DNA of 64,000 bases, from assembly GCA_023267755.1 (NCBI GenBank), contig JAHFMR010000004.1, forward strand, positions 8,535 to 72,534. The letters run 5' to 3'. The translations under genes and the position numbers were made by a program. Numbering within the stretch: the first letter of the stretch is position 1; every line of letters starts with the position of its first letter. Below the pieces are notes generated by a model. That model searched no databases. It was not told the DNA's origin and saw only the letters and a program-made list of their open reading frames with translations. Source of the stretch: a bacterium (lineage in GTDB: Bacteria; Patescibacteriota; Minisyncoccia; Phycocordibacterales; Phycocordibacteraceae). Shown here one piece after another: positions 59,541 through 64,000 of the stretch.

Positions 59541-59930
59541 ATGAAAGATTTTGACTCTTGGAACGAAATTAAAAAGAAGATCGATAGCGAGACTGATGCC
59601 CCAGACAGATTCCCAAAAGAAGGTGAAGTGTGGATGAGTAATCTTGGCCGGAATGTCGGATTTGAACAGAATGGCGGTGGCGATAATTTCTCACGACCAA
59701 TTTTAGTTATCAAAAAATTCAACAACCATATGTTTTGGTGCGTTCCTCTCTCGACAAAACAGAAGCCGCTCGACTTCTATTTCAATTTTACTGATCCGCA
59801 CAATCAGAAAGTCTCTGCTATTCTCGCGCAAATCCGATTGATGAGTGTGAAGAGACTGCGACGAAAGCTGTACGAACTTAACAGTGAGATTCTTGATGGA
59901 ATCAGAACGGCGCTCAAATCGTTTCTATGA
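59541..59930 (+). CDS. PemK/MazF-family endoribonuclease
   Basis: EGEVW, LG.NVG.EQ, RPILVIKK, VPLST, QIR. Confidence 0.88.
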   Translation: MKDFDSWNEIKKKIDSETDAPDRFPKEGEVWMSNLGRNVGFEQNGGGDNFSRPILVIKKFNNHMFWCVPLSTKQKPLDFYFNFTDPHNQKVSAILAQIRLMSVKRLRRKLYELNSEILDGIRTALKSFL

Positions 59931-59936
59931 AAACTC

Positions 59937-59962
59937 GAAGCCCCGCCAATTGGCGGGGCTTC
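59937..59962. terminator. Hairpin after mazF-like gene
   Basis: GAAGCCCCGCCAATTGGCGGGGCTTC. Confidence 0.6.
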
Positions 59963-60128
59963 TCGGAGCCTTGCGGCACTTTATACCCACAGTGTAGCGC
60001 GATACTATCCTGTGTCAAGCGAAGCCAAAAGCCGAGATCGTCCTCTCCGATCCGAGTCAGTTGACGCGGTAGACACTTCGTGCTTTACTCACGCTGGACG
60101 ATTTGATCCGCAATCTAAGGAGACGACT

Positions 60129-60419
60129 GTGAGTGATAGCGACGAAGTCGCCGACGGCCAAGAACTGGCTATCGAGATGGCACGTGAACTGTACAAAGCA
60201 AACCCCGACCATGATCTGTTGCGCCTGTTCCCGAAGACCGAATTGACCGATGAGGAGTACGATCCGATCTGGGAGGAATTCCAGCAGCACTTCGGCAAGC
60301 CTGGCATCAGCCGCGAAGTGCGCGCCACCTACCCCGCGCAGGCATACTTCTGGGCGAAATACTTCCTCGCTCTGAAGAAAGCTGTCGAGGAACTTGCTCC
60401 ACAGGCCCTATCCGCCTGA
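60129..60419 (+). CDS. Hypothetical protein
   Basis: AAGGAG followed by GTG at 60129, in the frame of ORF 60012-60419; hairpin follows. Confidence 0.65.
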   Translation: MSDSDEVADGQELAIEMARELYKANPDHDLLRLFPKTELTDEEYDPIWEEFQQHFGKPGISREVRATYPAQAYFWAKYFLALKKAVEELAPQALSA

Positions 60420-60499
60420 TGATGTCTTATCCGTGCGCCGACTCAAGGGTCGGCGCGTTTTGTTTATCTCGGCAGAAGTTGCGTATTCGCTCGTTTTTA

Positions 60500-60508
60500 T
60501 GCTATAGT
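60500..60508 (+). promoter_or_regulatory. Extended -10 element upstream of infC
   Basis: TGCTATAGT. Confidence 0.55.
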
Positions 60509-60522
60509 AGCGAGTACTTCCA

Positions 60523-61089
60523 GTGGCTACTGACCGAATTCGCATCAATAACGAGATCCGCGCACAAGAACTGCGCGTTATTGGCGCACAGGGTGAAAAC
60601 TTGGGCGTCCTCTCCCTCGAGGCCGCTCTGGCGGCCGCCAAGACCGCCGGGACCGATCTTATCGAAATTTCGCCCTCGGCCGTCCCGCCCGTTGCGAAGA
60701 TTATGGATTATGGTAAATTTGAATACGAGCGCAGTAAGAAGGAAAAGGCAGCAAAAGCCAAGGTAAAAGTCTCGGAAACCAAGGAGGTCCAGATCAAGGT
60801 GGGTACCGGAGACGGCGATATGGCGCTGAAGGCTAAGAAGGCCGCCGAGTGGCTCGCCGAGGGCCACCGGGTGCGTGCCGAACTCTTCTTGAAAGGCCGC
60901 TACAAGGGTATGGAGGAGAAGTTCCTGAAGGATCGCCTTGAGAAATTTCTTCTCCGTGTCCCGTATGCTTATAAGGTCGCTGAGCCAATAGCGCGGAGCC
61001 CCAAGGGCTTTGCTGGCGTTATCGAGCGAGACCTGATAGCTCAAGCGAAGCGTGAGAAAGAATCCAAACCGAAAAATGAAAACCAATAA
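60523..61089 (+). CDS. infC: Translation initiation factor IF-3
   Basis: [30 protein letters not shown]. Confidence 0.96.
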   Translation: MATDRIRINNEIRAQELRVIGAQGENLGVLSLEAALAAAKTAGTDLIEISPSAVPPVAKIMDYGKFEYERSKKEKAAKAKVKVSETKEVQIKVGTGDGDMALKAKKAAEWLAEGHRVRAELFLKGRYKGMEEKFLKDRLEKFLLRVPYAYKVAEPIARSPKGFAGVIERDLIAQAKREKESKPKNENQ

Positions 61090-61267
61090 ATCTTATTCCA
61101 AGAGAATCCGCGTCACTCGCAATGGCAAGCTCGTTGCGCGCGCCAAGGGTCAGAACCATTTCAATGCAAAGGAGAGCGGCTCATCGCGCTCGGCAAAACG
61201 CCGCACGGTCACTCTTTCTCTTACCGCAAAGGTCCGCCGCCGCTTCCTGCCGGCGACCGGTGCTTAA
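61076..61267 (+). CDS. rpmI: 50S ribosomal protein L35
   Basis: MKTNKS..KRIRVT.NGK; synteny with infC and rplT. Confidence 0.92.
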   Translation: MKTNKSYSKRIRVTRNGKLVARAKGQNHFNAKESGSSRSAKRRTVTLSLTAKVRRRFLPATGA

Positions 61268-61286
61268 TCCTCGTAATTAATACCGT

Positions 61287-61634
61287 ATGACAAGAATCAA
61301 AGGAGGGGTGATGGCGCTTAAGAAGCGCAACAATGTCTTGGAGCGAGCCAAGGGTTACCGCGGCCTCCGTTCTAAGAAGAAGAACTATGCGCACGAGGCG
61401 CTTATGCGTGCCGGCCGCTACGCCTTCGCCCATCGTCGCGACAAGAAGACGGTCTTCCGCCAGCTCTGGATTGTCCGCCTCAACGCCGCGGTCCGCGAGG
61501 CCGGACACAAGTCCTACTCTGTCTTCATTGCCAAATTGAAGAAGGCTGGCTTTGGTCTCGACCGTAAGGTCCTCGCCGAGTTTGCCTCTGATCGCCCCGA
61601 GATCTTCGAACGCATCTCTAAACAGGTCGTCTAA
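61287..61634 (+). CDS. rplT: 50S ribosomal protein L20
   Basis: AKGYRG, FRQLWIVRLNAA, LDRKVLA. Confidence 0.97.
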   Translation: MTRIKGGVMALKKRNNVLERAKGYRGLRSKKKNYAHEALMRAGRYAFAHRRDKKTVFRQLWIVRLNAAVREAGHKSYSVFIAKLKKAGFGLDRKVLAEFASDRPEIFERISKQVV

Positions 61635-61640
61635 ATACTC

Positions 61641-61664
61641 AAAACCGCCCTTACGGGCGGTTTT
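61641..61664. terminator. Bidirectional terminator
   Basis: AAAACCGCCC-TTAC-GGGCGGTTTT between convergent genes. Confidence 0.82.
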
Positions 61665-61667
61665 GAT

Positions 61668-63056
61668 TTACATCTTCGTCACTGACTCTTTGGTAATCTC
61701 CCAGATCTGCCCCGCTTCAGCCACCACAGCGCGGGCGCCGAGATAGTCGTGGATGCGCTGCGCGAGGAATCGCTCGGAAGAGGGCTCGCCGAGGCCGACA
61801 AAAATCGTCTTGGTCCGCTTTCCTGCGAGCGCTGCCTCTGCGAACTTGAGGAGTTCGTCGCGATCGGCGTGCGCTGACCAGCCTTCCAGGTTTTCTATCT
61901 TGGCCTTTATCCGCACATCGTTCCCGCTGATACGCACGCTCGAGGCGCCCTCCATCATCCGCCGCCCCGGAGTACCGGGTGCCTGGTAGCCGACCATAAA
62001 GAGCGTTGTGGAGGGGTCAGGCAGGTAACGCGTCTCCCAGCGGCCGATGCGGCCGCCGTGACTCATCCCCGCGCCAGCGATGATAATCTTGGGTCCCGGC
62101 ACCTCTTCTATCGCCGCTGACTCCTGACGCGAGAGAGTCTGCTTCAAGAATGGGAACTCGAAGATGCTCCCCTCTCGCTTCATCTCGTCCTCGGTCTCGC
62201 TCTTGAAATAGGTCATCCCCCACTTCTCATACACCGCGGTCACGTGTATCGCGAGCGGTGAGTCGAGGAAGACGGGGATCTTGGGCAGGTCGCCTGCAGA
62301 AAAGAAGTTGGAGAGCTCGTAGAGCATCAGCTGGGTGCGCTCGAGCGAGAAGGCGGGGATGAGGATAGTACCGCCGCGCGCTATGGCCGCCTTAAGTGCC
62401 TCAAGCAGGATCTCAACACGCCGCTTCACCTCTGGGTGATTCCGGTCGCCATAAACGCTCTCCATCAGGAGCGCGTCGGCGTCTGGTACTGGCTCCCAGT
62501 CGGGCAGGAGCGGCGAGGGTGAGTTGCCGATGTCGCCCGTGAGCGCGAGTGTGACACCCTCTTCATCGGTAATCCGCACACTCGCCGAGCCGAGGATGTG
62601 GCCCGTGTTACGCAGGTAGACCGAGAGTCCGGGTGCAACCTCCTTTTCCTGATGGTAGTCGAGTGTCTCGATAAGCGCACAGGCCGCATCGACGTCCTGC
62701 TCCTGATAGAGCGGCGGTCGGCCGAGGCGGGAGGCTTCTTCCCCGAGGATACCGACCGAGTCGCGCATAATGAGCTCGGCGAGATCCTTGGTCGGCGCTG
62801 TCATATAGATCTTCCCGTGGAAACCGTCCCGGACGAGCTTCGGGATAAGCCCTACGTGGTCGAGATGCGCGTGCGTCACCACGAGCGCATCCACCGTCTT
62901 GGCGTCGTAGGGAAATGGCCCATACACCTCTTCTACCGCAAAGTCGCCGCCCTGTTCGATGCCGCAATCGACTAAGAGCTTTCCGTGTGCGCCCTCAATC
63001 AAAAAATTAGACCCCGTCACCTTCCCCGCTCCGCCACAGAATGTAAGACGCATCAT
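61668..63056 (-). CDS. Beta-CASP metallo-beta-lactamase ribonuclease
   Basis: GGAGKVTGS, THAHLDHVG, GHILGS, TGDIG, MESVYG, SAHAD. Confidence 0.93.
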   Translation of the reverse strand: MMRLTFCGGAGKVTGSNFLIEGAHGKLLVDCGIEQGGDFAVEEVYGPFPYDAKTVDALVVTHAHLDHVGLIPKLVRDGFHGKIYMTAPTKDLAELIMRDSVGILGEEASRLGRPPLYQEQDVDAACALIETLDYHQEKEVAPGLSVYLRNTGHILGSASVRITDEEGVTLALTGDIGNSPSPLLPDWEPVPDADALLMESVYGDRNHPEVKRRVEILLEALKAAIARGGTILIPAFSLERTQLMLYELSNFFSAGDLPKIPVFLDSPLAIHVTAVYEKWGMTYFKSETEDEMKREGSIFEFPFLKQTLSRQESAAIEEVPGPKIIIAGAGMSHGGRIGRWETRYLPDPSTTLFMVGYQAPGTPGRRMMEGASSVRISGNDVRIKAKIENLEGWSAHADRDELLKFAEAALAGKRTKTIFVGLGEPSSERFLAQRIHDYLGARAVVAEAGQIWEITKESVTKM

Positions 63057-63065
63057 TTCTCTATG

Positions 63066-63419
63066 CTACGCTACAACCTTCTCGACCCGTAAGAGGCGAC
63101 GCTCGTGATCGAAGATCTGTTCACCATTCTCCTCGAGCATCTCGGCGACATCTTCGACTCTGTTTTGAGTATTGATAAGCCGTCGATCGATATCATTCAG
63201 TCGATCAGTGAGATTCTCTTGTCCCTCGTATAAAGCGGTGATGATCTTCTCGTGCCGATCAAACTTTTCTTCATTCCGAGCAAAACCGGTTTGCACAGCC
63301 TCAGTTAAATCCTGCAAAGATTCAGTCAGACTATCCATCTTGCCGGTCAGTCCATCTACGACTCCCATCACGTCCGATATAGTCGGCTCTTTCTTCGTCA
63401 TCTTTTTGACCTTCTTCAT
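63066..63419 (-). CDS. Coiled-coil hypothetical protein
   Basis: Heptad-rich ORF; start chosen 7 nt after TGCTATGAT. Confidence 0.7.
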   Translation of the reverse strand: MKKVKKMTKKEPTISDVMGVVDGLTGKMDSLTESLQDLTEAVQTGFARNEEKFDRHEKIITALYEGQENLTDRLNDIDRRLINTQNRVEDVAEMLEENGEQIFDHERRLLRVEKVVA

Positions 63420-63455
63420 GACGGCTATCATAGCACGGACCGCCCATCGGGCGGC

Positions 63456-64000
63456 TTATGGTGTATCGCTAATACCCAAAGCGGCTCTTAGTCGCTCAAC
63501 TTCTTTTTTATCTCGAGTTTCTGAAAATCCATTTAGTAATTCTTTGATCTTCTTTCCTGTTTCCCTTTCCTCTTCCGTGAGCGGAACCAATTCTGTTCCT
63601 ATCGGCTTAATTGAAGAGTCGAAGCTGTGTTCTACTTCATCACGGTACACATCTTTAAGTTTTGGGGTGCGCAATATATCCCCTTTAAAATCAGTGAGAG
63701 GCAATGCTTCAGTGCCGTTGATAAGCCAACCAGTCCCTGTCTCGTCAATGCGGACTTTTGCCCCCGGATTACTTTCGCCTGGGAATTGAATCAATTCTCT
63801 TGGCACAGAATATCTAAAGCCAGCATCACCAGGTTTCCAAAACTGGCCAACCGGAAAAATAGAAAGGCAAGGGCCGCTTCTTTGTTGCACTCCTTTTTCG
63901 GGGGATTCCAAAACAGCTAGCGCGCCCTCCATGCCTCCATTTAACCCGTGATACAACTCTACAGAACCACTAGATGAAATGTTCTTCTCTTCTTCGATAA
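63456..64000 (-). CDS. Hypothetical protein, 5' partial
   Basis: The frame of ORF 63456-63956 stays open to the window edge; AT-rich. Confidence 0.6.
   Translation of the reverse strand, partial: IEEEKNISSSGSVELYHGLNGGMEGALAVLESPEKGVQQRSGPCLSIFPVGQFWKPGDAGFRYSVPRELIQFPGESNPGAKVRIDETGTGWLINGTEALPLTDFKGDILRTPKLKDVYRDEVEHSFDSSIKPIGTELVPLTEEERETGKKIKELLNGFSETRDKKEVERLRAALGISDTP

Overview
Intact bacterial chromosome segment with no prophage, CRISPR array or rRNA. Gene content and style (compact housekeeping genes, large type IV pilus locus without a secretin, ApbE/FMN-binding/NqrB-like flavinylation genes, shortened RF2, few Shine-Dalgarno sites) suggest a Patescibacteria/CPR (Parcubacteria-like) genome; this is an inference. 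In order, the window holds partial prfB, four tRNAs, and a five-gene operon (Leu/Phe/Val dehydrogenase, PaaK-like ligase, ThiF adenylyltransferase, nitroreductase-like protein, multi-TM histidine kinase) that looks like a signal synthase plus receptor. Next come apbE, a glycerate kinase-pilin-ppsA-eno-thrC-hydroxyacid dehydrogenase cluster, and FMN-binding and NqrB-like/FNR genes. An initiator tRNA split by a 250-nt group I intron has two integrase-less mini-islands stacked at its 3' end. The rest is gatA/gatC, ligA, the pilus operon, comF, tRNA-Ser, MacAB-like efflux, groESL, secG, RNase J, MutY/Nth, a PLD nuclease, an orphan MazF and infC-rpmI-rplT. Patterns that recur across the window: a 24-nt palindrome inserted in frame in several enzymes, -10 hexamers 6-7 nt before start codons (leaderless layout), and repeated loss of metal-binding cysteines. 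All calls come from reading the sequence; no searches were run.
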